64,000 nt of DNA from Eledone cirrhosa (GCA_964016885.1 OZ024741.1:326864001-326928000); one strand, 5' to 3'; numbered from the stretch's first letter, positions 13,816-33,899 are shown. Notes: generated by a model from the letters alone, not told the origin. Numbers and translations: made by a program.

Positions 13816-13867
13816 TATATATATATATATATATATATAGACGTTCAATCATCTGGCAGGTAGGTAT

Positions 13868-13910
13868 ACGGTGCTGACGATAGCCAATAAGCTTGAAACT
13901 AGTACATCGT
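13868..13910 (+). ncRNA. Minimal hammerhead ribozyme type I
   Basis: acggtg CTGACGA tagc-caataa-gctt GAAAC ta GTA catcgt; palindromic ACTAGT stem III; the copy at 15662-15704 has CTGGCGA. Confidence 0.8.
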
Positions 13911-14063
13911 TCCTTTGTCAGTGTTGAACAAAATGGCAACGATGGTTGCTAAACACTGTACGGCTTAATTCGGGATATTTGTTTACAAACACACCGAGCA
14001 TTATAATAAATGTTCGGTAAATCCATACGTACATATATATATATATGTGTGCATGTATGTATA

Positions 14064-15435
14064 TCATCATCTTCATCACCGTTTTACGTCCGTTCTTCCA
14101 CGCTAGCATGGGTTAGACAGGTTGTCCTGGTGTGGGCAGTGTCTGGTCGGCTGACCATGCCTTGCTCATACAGGAACTGATTTGGCTTGATTTCTACAGC
14201 TGGATGCCCTTGTTAACACCAACCTCATTTACAGTGAGTGCTGGGTGCTTTTTCGTGGCGCCTTCACGTCCACTTTACAGGGCTGGGTGCTTTTTTGCTG
14301 TGGCACCTCCACGACCACCTTGCGGGAGGGGGGCATATTGTCTATATGTTTCAGCTTGTACCCATGGGAGGTCGGGTACTCTGTATTACTGCGTGACGCC
14401 AGAGGTCACGGTCGTGTGTCATTGCTTTGAGAGGTGTAATTGGGTAAGGTCGGCTTTTATCACCTCATCCCAGGTCATCTTGGGTCTCCCCACTCCGCGG
14501 TTTCCATCGACTTATAGTGCTCTGCACCTTTTTATGCAGCTGTCATCCTTCATACGCATCACATGTCCATACCAGTGCAGCCGCCTCTCCTGCACATACC
14601 ATTTGATTCCTCTTATGCTCAGTCTCTCTCTCAATTCATTTATGCTTTGTCGTTCACGTATATTACTGTTACACAACCATCGGAGCATGCAGGCTTCGTT
14701 TCTCTCTAATCTACATAAGTCTTCCACCTTCAGCGCCCAGGTCTCACTACCATGCAACATTGCTGTTCGGATACACGCATCATACAGTCTGCCTTTCATT
14801 CTGAGCGGGAAGCCTTATGCAGCTAGCAGTGCTAGTAGTTCCCTAAACTTCTTCCATCCCGTTCTTACCCTAGTTATTGTACTTTCTGAACACCCACCTC
14901 CGCTGCTAATTCGGTCACCTAGGTAACAGAAGCTGTCTACTGTTTCTACAGAGCCCTCCCAGAGATTGGTGGTAATTGTTTCCTGTGGCTGTTTGCTGCT
15001 TGCTGTCCCAGCACAGCTGCTGCATGTGAAGTCTACATTCTTAATTAAGCTTCCTGAGATCCCGCTACATCTCTTGTGTACCCATTGTTTGCATTTGGGG
15101 CAGAGAATGGAGTTCCTACCTACACCTTTTCTACATACTGAGCAAGGCCATTTCCCTGAGGGGATCTGGGTTCTGTTTTCTCGTCTACTTACAAGGACGT
15201 TAGTCTTTGTCATGTTGACTTTGAGACCCTTTCTTTCTAGTCCCTGCTTCTAAGTTTGGAATTTATTCTCTAGTTCTACCATAGATTCAGCTATAAGTGC
15301 GAGGTCATCAGCATACAGGAGTTCCCATGGGCATCCGGTCTTAAACTCCTCCGTTATTGCCTGCAGGACTATGATGAACAGGAGGGGGCTAAGAACAGAG
15401 CCCTGGTGGACCCCAACCTGTACGCTAAATTCCTA
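14064..15435 (-). mobile_element. 5'-truncated RTE-clade LINE (RT, PHD-like Zn finger, (GAT)n tail)
   Basis: VGVHQGSVLSPLLF, LLYADDLAL, WPCSVCRKGV...CPKCKQWVHKRC, LHGSETW...RLHWYGHVMR; in-frame stops; tail at 14064-14078. Confidence 0.9.
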
Positions 15436-15901
15436 CTACTGTACGTCTGTATACATATATGTATGTACGTATACATACTTATATTTAAGTAATAGCCGTA
15501 CTAAGAGTGGGAAATGAAATTTTGTTTCATTTTTTCCGTTGGTCGTTTTCGATGCGCCCGGCCGATTAACTCACTCGATATGCAAATTAGGCTGCTCAGC
15601 CGTTAATATGCATAAGAAAAGTATATACTTTCAGACATTCAATCATCTGGCAGGAAGGTATACGGTGCTGGCGATAGCTAATAAGCTTGAAACTAGTACA
15701 TCGTTCCTTTATCAGTGTTGAACAAAAGGACAACGATGGTTGCTAAACACTCTACGGCTTAATTCGGGATGTTTGTTTACAAAATCACAGAGCATTATAA
15801 TAAATCTTCGGTAACCATACATACATATATATATGTGTGCATGTATGTATATACACATACTACTGTACGTCTGTATACATATATGTATGTACGTATACAT
15901 A

Positions 15902-17985
<2,084 letters not shown>

Positions 17986-18489
17986 ATATATATATATATT
18001 ACCCGTATGTTTTGTGAAGGTATGTATACCTTCTCGTACGTATATTTGACTGTTTTGGCGTATAATTTTTACATATTCTGGTATTTAGGGCTTGGTTATG
18101 TGTATATGGGAGTTTTGCGTCTGCGTGAGTATGCAGGTTCGTACGTATGGTGGGTGTGTGTATATGTGTACTTCTTGTTTTAGTTGACTTACGTCTCCGA
18201 ACCTTCATGTATTTATTTGTAGGTATGTGTGTGCGCTTGTTATATACGTATTTATTTACTTATATACGTTTATATGATTATTTATTTATTTGTACACAAG
18301 CATACACACATACACATATTTATATGCGCGTGGTTTTGTATACCTATGGTAAGGTTTTGCGTATGCTTGTGTATGTACGTATCTGTTTGCGTGTATGTAT
18401 TTATTTGTTCCTATTACTTCTGTAATGTATTTATTTACTTTGTTCTTAACTCTGTAGCGGAGATTCATTCGGTCTCCTAGTTAGAATTT

Positions 18490-18905
18490 TTGTCTACGAC
18501 TTCTGCTATACCATTTACGTGGTTTTGTCTTTGCACGCTATTGTTCTCCACGCTCCACATATGACTTATTATCTTCGTTTTTTCGTTCATTGCCAGAGAA
18601 CGTCTCTATGCACCACTTAGAGAACATTAGTCTACGACCTCTTTTATACCATAAACGTGGTTCTGTCCTTGCACGTAATTGTTTTTCACCGCTCCTATTA
18701 ATGACGTATTATTCGTTTTTTTTCCCGTTCTTTGCCAGCGAACGTCACCACGAACCAAAGTATCGTCTTCCTGTCTTCCTCCGGTTGCAACGTTTTTTGA
18801 AATCTCCAGTTCTGCGTTTACAGATTGACTTTGTTAGTTTCAGAAGATCCCGTTAAGGGTGAAAGCAGCGATTCTTTGCTTAAACTTTAATCTGTTATTT
18901 TAATA
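18490..18905 (+). mobile_element. Dispersed non-coding repeat family with an HHR-like 3' end (other copies 39150-39315+, 45232-45575 foldback, 47540-47655-, 50252-50497+)
   Basis: Shared ...gtttcagaagatcccgttaagggtgaaagcagcgattctttgcttaaactttaatctgttattttaata, ending at or near (TA)n. Confidence 0.8.
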
Positions 18906-18906
18906 A

Positions 18907-18938
<32 letters not shown>

Positions 18939-18965
18939 ACATATATGTATGTACGTATATATAAT

Positions 18966-19028
<63 letters not shown>

Positions 19029-19059
19029 GCCCCCCCCCCACACACACACATATATATAT

Positions 19060-19932
19060 ATATTAAATTCAAAGGGATATATATATATATAATTAGACAT
19101 AGTCACAGATACAGATACATATATGACTCTAGCTACCTTTCACAGTGTGGTTCAATGAAGAATTAATTAAGCAAATAATCATTAATTAGAGATATATATA
19201 AAATTGCAAGATTGAAGAACTATTAGATAACATATATACAGTATTTCCTCTCCCTAGTCCGTAGAAATCAACCATATAAAAATCATTTAAACTAGGTTAT
19301 AAGTTTAATATGTAACTATGAAGAAATAATCGACAAATGATTCAGAATATCTTAGGCGATGTACAACCATATAACATTTATCTAGTTATTCCTTTTAGCC
19401 TGTTGATATTGACTAGACAAATAATTAACTACACACGGTGTTAGGTACAAAATAGAAGTTTGAAGACAAAATGCACATAAACTTTACCAAAATTCCTCTA
19501 GTCCCGACTACCGATAGTTTCGTTCCATATTTTGGATATCCCCGATCTTGCATCTATCCATGAGGCTTGGAACTCATCAGGAGACAAAACAGTCTGGACT
19601 AAGTTTTCTACCATGATCCCCGCCAGAAATGAATTCAAAATGGCTAAGAACTATCACGTGGCCAGCTGTCAAGGAAGAAAATATGTGATTGGTGCCTGTC
19701 GGCGAGTAGGCTGATTGCTAGAAAGCGCAGCCGGATACTGCCTAAATATTTACTCAAACTTACGGGTCTATATATTAAATTCAAAGGGGTATATATATAT
19801 ATAATTAGACATAGTCACAGATACATATACTTATAGCCTCGTTTAAATGATTTTTTATGTGATTGATTTTTACGGACTAGGAAGAGGAAATACTGTATAT
19901 ATTTTATCTAATAGTTCTTCAAATTTGCAATT
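19060..19932 (-). mobile_element. ~710-nt terminally redundant HHR monomer plus inverted arm (19835-19932 vs 19200-19290)
   Basis: Direct repeat 19060-19111 / 19772-19824; one HHR; diverged homolog at 27680-28150(+). Confidence 0.7.
19501..19585 (-). ncRNA. Hammerhead ribozyme type I
   Basis: gtctc CTGATGA gttcca...tggaac GAAAC tatcggta GTC gggac. Confidence 0.8.
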
Positions 19933-20030
19933 TTATATATATATATATATATATACATATATATATACATATAAATACACACATATACACACGCACACAC
20001 ACGCACACGCACACACACGCACACACACAT

Positions 20031-20096
<66 letters not shown>

Positions 20097-20624
20097 TGGC
20101 GGGGGTAGGTGTTTGTAAAGATCTTATTTTCTAATGTGCAACTTCTAAAGACTTATAATATAATAAATTGGAGATGATGGCGTCTAAGTGTGTAATGTGA
20201 CGTGATGTAATACTGATGTGCTACAACGTTTTCAATCTGAATAGAACATGAAAGAAGAGTGACTGCATGAACATAAGAACATTGTCTCACTAAAACAGTG
20301 AAGGCGGATATTCTTAATGAGTCATTGTCATCCGGTGCAGACTGATTTATTAGATAATAGTGTATATGGTGATTATATAATTTCGTAACATTATTTAAAG
20401 CGATGAACAGTGTCACGCATTTCTTTTCTGTACTCTTACATAATGTAATGCTACGATAGCAACCTATCATCGCTGATATATATATATGCAAACACATACT
20501 TACACGCATACAAACACACACACACATACATATATATATTTGTATATTCATGTATATATATTTATATTTATATGTGTTTATGAGTTCATATATTTAATGT
20601 ATATATACGTTTATATTTATATAT

Positions 20625-22555
<1,931 letters not shown>

Positions 22556-22639
22556 TCTTATGTATATATATATATATATATATATGTACGTACACATATA
22601 TACATATATATATATATATATACTAGTACACACATATAT

Positions 22640-22670
<31 letters not shown>

Positions 22671-22795
22671 CTAGTACACATATATATATATGTATATGTA
22701 TATGTATATATATATTACATACACACGCACATACATATATAAGTGCGTGTGAGTTGTGTGTACGTATATATATGTTTGTTGTGTGTGCATATATG

Positions 22796-22829
<34 letters not shown>

Positions 22830-23136
22830 TATATGCATATATATATATATAATAAAATGTGGAGAGGAAGCACACGAGTTAGGATATATATAGATATATG
22901 TATATATGAAAAATATTTGTTTTCCCTTTTTATTTATTTCTCTCTTTTTTCTGGGTTAGAAAATTATTAAAACGAAATATTTTACTTTGTGTGAAGTGTT
23001 AAGGTTTTAGTTGATTTATTTATTAATTAACAATGGCATTTAATCATTTTCTAACCCAGAAAAAAAGAGAAGGAAGAAATAAAAAGGGAAAATAATATAT
23101 TTGTCTTCCGAATAATCGTCTTTTTCGCCCTGTTTT

Positions 23137-23228
<92 letters not shown>

Positions 23229-23750
23229 AACATAAATTATCGAGATTCGCATTTCGACCCACGAAATAACGAAAAACAACCTCCGAGATGTGTGGCAAGT
23301 GCTCAACGATTCAGATGAACCAGAGCTATAACAAACGTTAAAGGTCAAACACACTGAGACAATGGTTAAACAATCATTCGCATAGCCAAAAAAAAAATGA
23401 TCAAGTAATTCGGGTATTGAAAATTACCCGGACCCCTGGAAGATTGGTAAAATCCAGTATTTGGCTTTCTGCGGCTCCTAAATCAAGTACCGTCCGCTTA
23501 CATAAATAATATCGAGCTTCTGGTAAGATGATTGAACAAGGAAGCCACTTTCTCAACAGATTTTAGTTCAATGTTAATACAAGGACTGACTATTGCTGAC
23601 TCCACGTGGGGATCGGCAAGCGAGGCAGCCCCTATATCAGGCGAATAAATTCAGTTGCGTATATTTTTGCAAGAACGCAAAAACATCACAAATCGAATAG
23701 AGTTCTCATCAGAAGGGTTAAAATTAACATAAGCTATTCATCAGTAAATA

Positions 23751-23787
<37 letters not shown>

Positions 23788-23789
23788 CG

Positions 23790-25216
<1,427 letters not shown>

Positions 25217-26058
25217 GTATATATGTATTAATGTATATATATATATATATTCAAAATCTATCGTTATGAAATCATTTATTAATCTCTATTCATTTTCAAT
25301 ATATATATATTTACTTATATATTCATACACGTTATGAATATATCTACTGTGGCAAATCAAGTTACGTGCACTATGATATTTCAAATATGATGCCATATTA
25401 TATCATGGGTTATGTCGGATTTTATCATATGACATCAGATATTATTTCCCAATTATGGCACGTAACTCGTTATATGATTTACAGTATGGTGTCAGATACT
25501 AGATGACTTAAACAATTATGCTAACATTTTCCTGCCGATATGTTTTTCAACATTTGTAAGGAATTTTATAGATGTAATATTTTGTTTTAAATTGAAAAAA
25601 TGAGTAAAAATTGGAAATTCAATACAATATCGATGAAACGTGTTAGTTTCATCTTTACTGAATTAAATTTCCAAAAATTGAATTATAGTTATATTCTACA
25701 TGGAAGAAATACTTTCAAAATATTCACTGCTGTGTTTTGAAATACTTTATTGCCCACATATTCTGTGATTAACACGTTTTGATATGATTAGATGAAATAT
25801 ATTTTATTTCTTTATTCTGTTAGTGGTTGCAGTCATTAGACTACGGATATGCTGTTGCACCGTGTTGAGCTATTCATATCCTTCCCAGAATTATATTTAT
25901 TTATTTTTTCGTCTCCAGGATTGGTATACATGTATATATTTCATAAAATTGTAGGAAAGGCGAACGCAGAAAACAGCCGACTGCTATGATGATCATAGCA
26001 AAGCGTCGAATTAAATGAAAGCCATAATTAACGGAAAAGAAATCAGAAAAGACCCTCA

Positions 26059-26149
<91 letters not shown>

Positions 26150-27049
26150 GGACAGAAAAATAAAATGTTTATATAATATATATACGATATAATTACAATT
26201 TATACACTTTAAATGTATACACAAACTTAGATTTTGGGGTCCAGTTGCAAAATAACACTCTATACGGAAGGTGCCGATGCAACAATGGAGTCTCATCGGG
26301 TGCCAGGACGAAAGTACGAAAAAATTACCTTTTTATATGTGTAAACAATATTAAGATATCAAAACATATTTAATGTGTATGATAGGCGTAATTCAAATTG
26401 AAAAGATAAAATTTAGTGAGTGATAAAAAACACATATATCGTTATAGAAACGCAGTATTTTGTACGCATATTTAATTCCAATAATATTCACAAAAATGTA
26501 TACATACTTCATGTGGAATAATAAGTGATATTCCTGACAATACTGATTCACAGCTCCAAGAGATAGATAAGCAAGCAGAAATCGAACCAAGTAATCGATT
26601 ATCGTTTCACGAATAGCGATTCAGGCTGAAGCTAACAAAAGACAAGGAGTTACTCATCAGTGGAATTGACTTTAGATATGTCCCACACTGTACAAATACC
26701 TTTATGTCTGTTGAGAGATGAGAGACTGAATGAGCCACACACCGCATGGTGTTGATAAAAGTGTAATAATGAGTGCATATATAGGTAAGTCTGGAAGTCT
26801 CAACTGCTACAAAGATCTAGGATATATTAATCTTTCTCTCTCTCTAAATATATCTTTTGAATGATATTGAAAGCACATTGAAAGACACTGAAAACACATC
26901 TATATATGTATCAATAGGTGGTAGTGCTGTAGAAATAGATTATATAATACATGTATTAACGTAGAGGGGGTTTGAAGATGTTGAATCCTGTTATAGCATC
27001 ATAACGTAAAAATGGGACTAGGGGACATGCGTATAGGATGTGTGTGAGG

Positions 27050-27392
27050 AGCTAAAGAAAGAGAGGTGCGAATTTAGACCATTTCTGGAGAAAGGGATAG
27101 TGCGCTGTTCATGTTTCACGATGTTCACCCGCAGTTCCGGAGAACGCAATAAGACCCAAGACTGTGAGGTTGCGGGGGAGGGGGACTGTCCGGTAGAACG
27201 GAGGTGTTTGGCGACAGGTGATATGTTGCCGAGTCGGATCTCGGAGGTGCTTGACTCAACGGTCCACCAATTGATACACAGTCTCTCCGACGAAGGCAGC
27301 TCCACATTGTGTGCAGTGGAGTCCATAGACAAGGTTGGAAGGGGTGCTATAGAATGAGTCCTGAACTCGGAAGGATTGGCTGTCTCGCCCAC
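27050..27392 (-). pseudogene. Degenerate Neptune-type GIY-YIG fragment
   Basis: Across frameshifts: VYGLHCTQCGAAFVGET..., SPVAKHL..., EQRTI...NGLNSHLSF; homologous to 16023-16379. Confidence 0.65.
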
Positions 27393-27420
27393 GGATGTGT
27401 GTGTGTGTATATATATATAT

Positions 27421-27618
27421 ATTAGAAATATAAGCTATCGCCGTATTTTTTACTAAAGAAATTAAAGAAATTATTTAGCCTGATAGTGGGGTTACGCACC
27501 CAGGTACGTCAATACTCATCTTTTTCTAGTTCTCCGAGGGTTCTTAACCCCACTATCAGGCTAAATAATTTCTTTAATTTCTTTAGTAAAAAATACGGTG
27601 ATAGCTTATATTTCTAAT
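27421..27618. repeat. Hairpin/foldback with ~75-bp arms between TA tracts
   Basis: 27421-27494 is the reverse complement of 27545-27618. Confidence 0.85.
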
Positions 27619-27774
27619 TACAAACTCGTTCGCTGTTTCTAAAATATTCTTACATATATATACATATATATATAAGCTTTCTGACCTGACCACTGGCCAT
27701 GTGACAATGCTTAGCCATTTTGAATTCGTTTCTCGCGGGTATCATTTGAGAAAAATCTTTGTCCAATTGAGTTT

Positions 27775-27853
27775 GTTTCCTGATGATTTCGAAACTCGTT
27801 GATTTATCCATGATCGGATATTTCCAAAAAGCGAAATCTCCGGGGGTAGAAAC
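27775..27853 (+). ncRNA. Diverged hammerhead ribozyme, homologous to 19501-19585
   Basis: gtttc CTGATGA ... GAAA tctccgggg GTA gaaac; flanks align with the reverse complement of 19200-19650. Confidence 0.55.
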
Positions 27854-28145
27854 ATGATTTTCGTATGTTTATGTACATTTTTTCTTCTAACTTTGATTTT
27901 GTACCTAACTGTGTATGGTTAACTATATGTCTAGTCAATTTCTACGGGATATAAGAAATACTAGGTAAATCTCCTGTGGCTGTGGATCGCGGATAAAATA
28001 GGTATCATTTAATTATCTATTGTTTCTTCATAGGTAAATTTTAAATTTATAGACTCGTTTAATTGATTTTTTGTGTGGTTGATTATGCTGATTGGGAGAG
28101 GAAATACTGTATATATTTTATCAAATGATTCTATGGACTTACTTT

Positions 28146-28180
<35 letters not shown>

Positions 28181-28185
<5 letters not shown>

Positions 28186-28666
28186 TCTATTCGTGTCTGT
28201 TTGTTTATTCACGAACTACTCCTATTTTTCTGGAGATTGACCCTTCATAACCATATATATTCTGAAACTACATTGCACAGGCTACCTGGATAAGTATTTT
28301 TCATTTTAATCAAAGGGTTCCCCGGTGGCACAAACGCCCGCTGAAACCCCCGCTGAAAATGTTTTCCCTTCGATCTATATGAAATTTAAATCATAGGTAA
28401 ATGAAATGATATTATGCCTATTCAGAAAGGTTTTGAATTGGTATTTTAAAAAAAATGATATACAAGAAACAAAATATGAATAAGATTTAATAATATCATT
28501 TTGATTTGATATACTACAAAAAATAATGTTTTCCAATTTTTCATGCATTGCATTTTACATTGAATAATACTGAAATGCATACATTGTATCACTGATTTAA
28601 AATCAATCATCATATACTTACAAAAAAAAATTGTGAAAGGCACCAAGGCGCGTGTAATCCGGCTAG

Positions 28667-28667
<1 letters not shown>
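28181..28667 (+). mobile_element. Possible non-autonomous Helitron-like element
   Basis: Starts aaagtt...gtctgtttgttt and ends in GC-rich ...aggcgcgtgtaatccggCTAGt between TA tracts. Confidence 0.35.
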
Positions 28668-28723
<56 letters not shown>

Positions 28724-28798
28724 TAGAACTGTTCGAAGGTATTGAGTATCTTACTTACTCTGGTTACACGTGATTGAACCCAGAACTTACACACACAC

Positions 28799-28864
<66 letters not shown>

Positions 28865-28877
28865 ATGATATAGATAC

Positions 28878-28939
<62 letters not shown>

Positions 28940-28947
<8 letters not shown>

Positions 28948-29485
28948 ATACTTTGGGAGGATCATGTTGCCAATAAGAAACACACGCACCAGTTGCTTTC
29001 ACTTCAATTTAATTTATTATATATTTATAAATTTACAAATTTATAAATTTCTGGTTGGTTGGTTGGTTCCACAACCAGATAGTTGTTTATATATATATAG
29101 TCATAGTTCTTTCGTCACACACTCTGTGACCTCTTCAGTGACTGGGGATTTCTTTGTTTGTGACAAACAAAATGGCGTAGGATAGAAGAAAAGAAAGGCA
29201 CAGAAACGATGAAAGAAATCCCCAGTCACTGAAGAGGTCACAGAGTGTGTGACGAAAGAACTATGACTATATATATATAAACAACTATCTGGTTGTGGAA
29301 CCAACCAACCAACCAGAAATTTATAAATTTGTAAATTTATAAATATATAATAAATTAAATTGAAGTGAAAGCAACTGGTGCGTGTGTTTCTTATTGGCAA
29401 CATGACCCTCCCAAAGTATAACAATATCGGTTTCAACACACGATTTCAGATAAAGAATCTTGCTAAACAAATTCAGAAACGAAAT
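28940..29485. mobile_element. Head-to-head palindrome of two solo pLTRs of the 51-55 kb PLE family (HHRs 29099-29143- and 29224-29268+)
   Basis: Both arms match pLTR 50939-51292; flanked by (TA)n. Confidence 0.9.
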
Positions 29486-29502
29486 ATATATATATATATA
29501 TG

Positions 29503-30480
29503 TATGAATTTAAATGAGGAAGTAGAAAGAGAATCCAGGACTATCCATGATCATAGGTATTTGTTCCCATTAAAGACCAGATACCTCAGGCTAGCGCGAT
29601 ACAATAACTAAAATAAGTTATTGGGATAAAAAGAATTGGGTGGAGAAAGAGAGACAGGTAAACAAATAAAAATGCGCTGGCAATGTAAAGAGAGGAAAAA
29701 ATGAGAAAATCAAGTCAAAGATTCATTTGAACATAAGAACTTGCGAATATTGACGAGAAGACGAGAGACACATCCCTACCGTGCAAAAGTGAGCGAGAAA
29801 AGAATTTCGTACGGTGTGGGACGATGGACGAAGTGAGAGAGAGAGTGAGTAGCAGAGAGTGGGTGAGTGAAAGTGCGAGGAAGAGGTTAGCCGAGAGAGA
29901 GTGACTAGCAGAGTGGGTGAATCAAAGTAAGAGAGAGAAGGAGAGAGATGGGGGAGAGAGATAGAGGATAGCAGTAAGGGAAGAGAAAAAGACAGGTCAC
30001 AGCGAATGGGAAAGCATATAGGAATGAAAAATGGCATGCTTTGTTGTTGCTAATGTGATACATATGAATTAAATGAGGAATTAGAAAGAGAAGCTAGGAT
30101 TATCCATCATCAGTGGTCCACTAGCCATCATGTTTGTTTACCTGTCTCTCTTTCTCCACCCAATTCTTTTTATCCCAATAACTTATTTTAGTTATTGTAT
30201 CGCGCTAGCCTGAGGTATCTGGTCTTTAATGCGAAGAAATACTTATGATGGCTAGTAGACCACCGATGATGGATAGTCCTGACTTCTCTTTCTAATTCCT
30301 CATTTTAATTCATATGTATCACATTCGCAACAACACAGGACGCCATTTTTCATTCCTATATGCTTTCCTCTTCGCTGTGACCTGTCTTTTTCTCTAACCT
30401 TACTGCTATCCTCTTTTTCACTCCCCCTTCTCTTTCCTTCTCCCTCCTACTTTCATTCAGCCCCTCTGCTAGTCACCCTC
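29503..30480. mobile_element. Foldback element (29503-30130 vs 30130-30480)
   Basis: Extended reverse-complement blocks, e.g. 29560-29685 / 30132-30250 and 29870-30125 / 30250-30480. Confidence 0.7.
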
Positions 30481-30580
30481 TATATATTTTATCTAATAAT
30501 TCTTCAAACTTGTAATTATATATATATATACACATACGTGAAGAGATAGAGAGAGAGAGAAGAGATAGATAGATAGATAT

Positions 30581-30691
<111 letters not shown>

Positions 30692-30975
30692 AAAAAGATA
30701 GAGAGAAACGGAGAGAGTGAGATTGAGATAATGGAATGGTGAAGAGAGTAAATGGTGATTTTCTATTACATGTAAGCGTTAGTATATGTAAATATGTATG
30801 AAGATAACGTTTACACGAAGTTCATACATATAAATGGACACCTATGCATAGCATATATATTTACAATGGTACGGTGGGAGAAAACCAGCACACGCTAGCT
30901 AAACCACGCTATGGTACGTATTCTGGATGATATGACTAACCTCGTAATACTTCTATTAATAATATATATGTATAT

Positions 30976-31039
<64 letters not shown>

Positions 31040-31047
<8 letters not shown>

Positions 31048-31975
31048 ATGCTTTGGGAGGGTCATGTTGCCAATAAGAAACACACGCACCAGCTGCTTTC
31101 ACTCTAATTTATTATAAATTAAATTTATAAATTTAAGAATTTATAAATTTCCGGTTTGTTGGTTGGTTCCACAACCAGACGGTTGTTCATATATTGTCAA
31201 CTTTCTTTCGTCACACATTCTGTGACCTCTTCAGTGACTGGGGATTTCTTTTCTTTGTTTTTGTGCCTCTCCTTTTTCTGTTCTACGCCATCTTGTTTTT
31301 GTGTGTGTTGTGTGCTTAGTTTGTGCATGTGTTACATCCGGGTGTATATGTGTGTTTATATTTGTTTATTTATCTGTTTATTTACATGTTACTGGTTGGT
31401 TGTTTGTTGTATGTGTGTGTGTATTTTCATTTTTTCCTTAATTGTAAGTTGCGATGTTACTATTCCATTCATATTTTCTATTTAATTTTGGTTGGAGTAC
31501 GTTCATGTTTATTGCCTCTGTGATTTGTCTAAACATTGCGTCTTTTCTGTGTGTAGATTCTATTTTTATTTCCATGTTCTCTAATTTACCCTTATGTTCT
31601 ATTTTAGCATGTTGGTGGAGTACAGATGATTCTTTACTATCTTGAAGGTCTCGCCAGTGTTCATTTATCCATTCTCATATACTACGAGCTGTCTCGCCTA
31701 TGTACACTATATTCTTATCTCTACATTGTTCTTCAGTACATCTTATGCTATATACTACATTTCTAGTTTACAGTTAATAGGGGGGCTTAGTTTACAGATT
31801 ATACATTTCTTATCTATACAGGGAGGTCTTTGAAAAGGGTATCTATTGCTAATAAGTGTTTTTATGGAGGTACCTGGTCTTTCTACTATATTAGTATTCC
31901 AAAGCATAACACTATCGGTTTCAAGACACGTTTTCAGATAAAGAATCTTGCTAAACAAATTCAGAAACGAAATAT
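31040..31975 (-). mobile_element. Truncated copy of the 51-55 kb PLE (pLTR + GIY-YIG remnant + inverted pLTR end)
   Basis: 31040-31895 aligns with 50992-51860 ([29 protein letters not shown]); 31898-31975 is an inverted pLTR terminus. Confidence 0.85.
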
Positions 31976-32081
31976 ATATATATATATACACACACACATG
32001 TATACACATATACATTTATATTTGTTGTTATATATTGTACCTATATGTAATATACATATATATATATATACCCCCCCCCAT

Positions 32082-32191
<110 letters not shown>

Positions 32192-33899
32192 TTATACATA
32201 TATATATACATATTTATACATATATATATATAACATACATACATTCATGCATACATGCATATATATATATCTCGTGCTTCAAGACAATAAATGCCACCAG
32301 CTGAAGAAGACATAATTAAGTGTCTGTAACTGACACAATCGTTTAATTGCCACCACAGGGAGTTGGAATTGTTACATCGTCAGCCAATGTATCTTTACCT
32401 CTCTTTCTCCAACCACCCTCCACGCACTCCACCTATATCATCAATACCATTACCTCCATCAAAATCAGCATCAATAACAGCATCAACATGAAAACTAACT
32501 TCACCATACTTTCTTTTTCCACCGCACCAATAGTATTACCAATATCATCATTTTAATTAATCGCTATTTTATTGTCATTATTTCAACATCATTATTATTA
32601 TTTGTCATATTTAATGCCATCGTCATTATTATCAATTTTAAATTATGATGGTAAGCACCACGTTCTCATAATCCGGATTATCGTCGACAAAATAATCATC
32701 ACCTCTTCCACTCACAACATTATCACCATCAGCATCAGCACCAGCAGCGTTATCATCCCCGTCGTCATCATAACCATAACGATAATGAGGATCATCATCA
32801 GCTTCCTGATTATGATGATTTCCATATTGTTGATGAATACGATGATGCTTCAGATGATGGTGATGATGATCTCAATTTTCCTCACCTAATGTTTTTACAA
32901 CCATCTTTTATTTCTTCTAAATTTCTGAAGTTATGTCAACTTCATTTAAGTACACCACACTTACACGTCTTTATTTTGCTCAAATCTGTCCCCATACTTA
33001 CAATTATAATTAGTCCGTCTTGATTAGAACATCACCTTTTGGAGGTCCCACCTTGCTTATATCTTTTCTCATTGGAATGAATTCGTAAAAATGTAAAAAG
33101 AACATCAAGGGCATCTATTCCATCGTGCTGAGGCGACCTGTGAAAGTCATATGCAATGCCACTTCTTTCGGAAATAACTGCCAAATAATTGAATAAATTG
33201 CAACAATGAAGTAATTAAATAGTATTGCATACCATCGATCAGTGAAGACAATAGAGCCAATTAGACCTAATGGAGATTCATTGATACTCAATCTGCTAGA
33301 AATAGTTGCTACACATCCCTCAAGCGACACCTTATTGTATTATTAAGAAAGAAAAGAAGCAACACCGTCTAAGATCTCGTCGTTGTCAACTTTGCATTTT
33401 CTTTATTTGAAGTCAATGAAATACCAGTCCCAGTGTTGTGAATTGGAAGAATTGTTAAAGTGTGTTTTGTAATGTCTGTTATGACTGTCTTTCGAATTCT
33501 AATCCGGCCTTCTGTCATTCGTAACGCGATGACTGTTCGAGCAAGATTTGCGACCAGCAAATAGTACCAACATTAGAAAGACCGGTGGAAATATATTTTT
33601 CTGGACACGTTCTTATCATCGTCTCCGTTTCCTTTTTTGTTTCCATGTCTGTGATAAGATATCACCGTAAAGAAGATACCGTCATTGTTAGAATATATTA
33701 ATCTTAACTTCCCTGCAAAAGGCTTGGCCATCGGCTAAAAGACAAGACAAAAAGTATAAGAGGAAGACTTTACACGGTCACATAAACTTTTCAAGAATAG
33801 CAGTCAAATGTCAATACAATGATACTTACTCCTTCAATTTAGAAGCTCCCACCTGTTGAAACGCATGAGACAGCCAAAGAGCTTCAATAGCCACGGTCA

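Noticed and set aside
30095-30275. CTGATGA/CTGAGG motifs in the 29.5-30.5 kb foldback as an HHR
   Set aside because: No correctly placed GAAA, stem III and stem I
32298-32340. CTGAAGA agaca...tgtct GTAAC as an HHR
   Set aside because: GAAA is broken and there is no stem I; at most a decayed remnant
32400-32890. Hydrophobic Ile-rich ORFs
   Set aside because: Decayed (ATC)n trinucleotide low-complexity sequence
33115-33750. Short ORFs that could be host exons
   Set aside because: No recognisable domain or consistent splice pattern; adjacent sequence is decayed LINE
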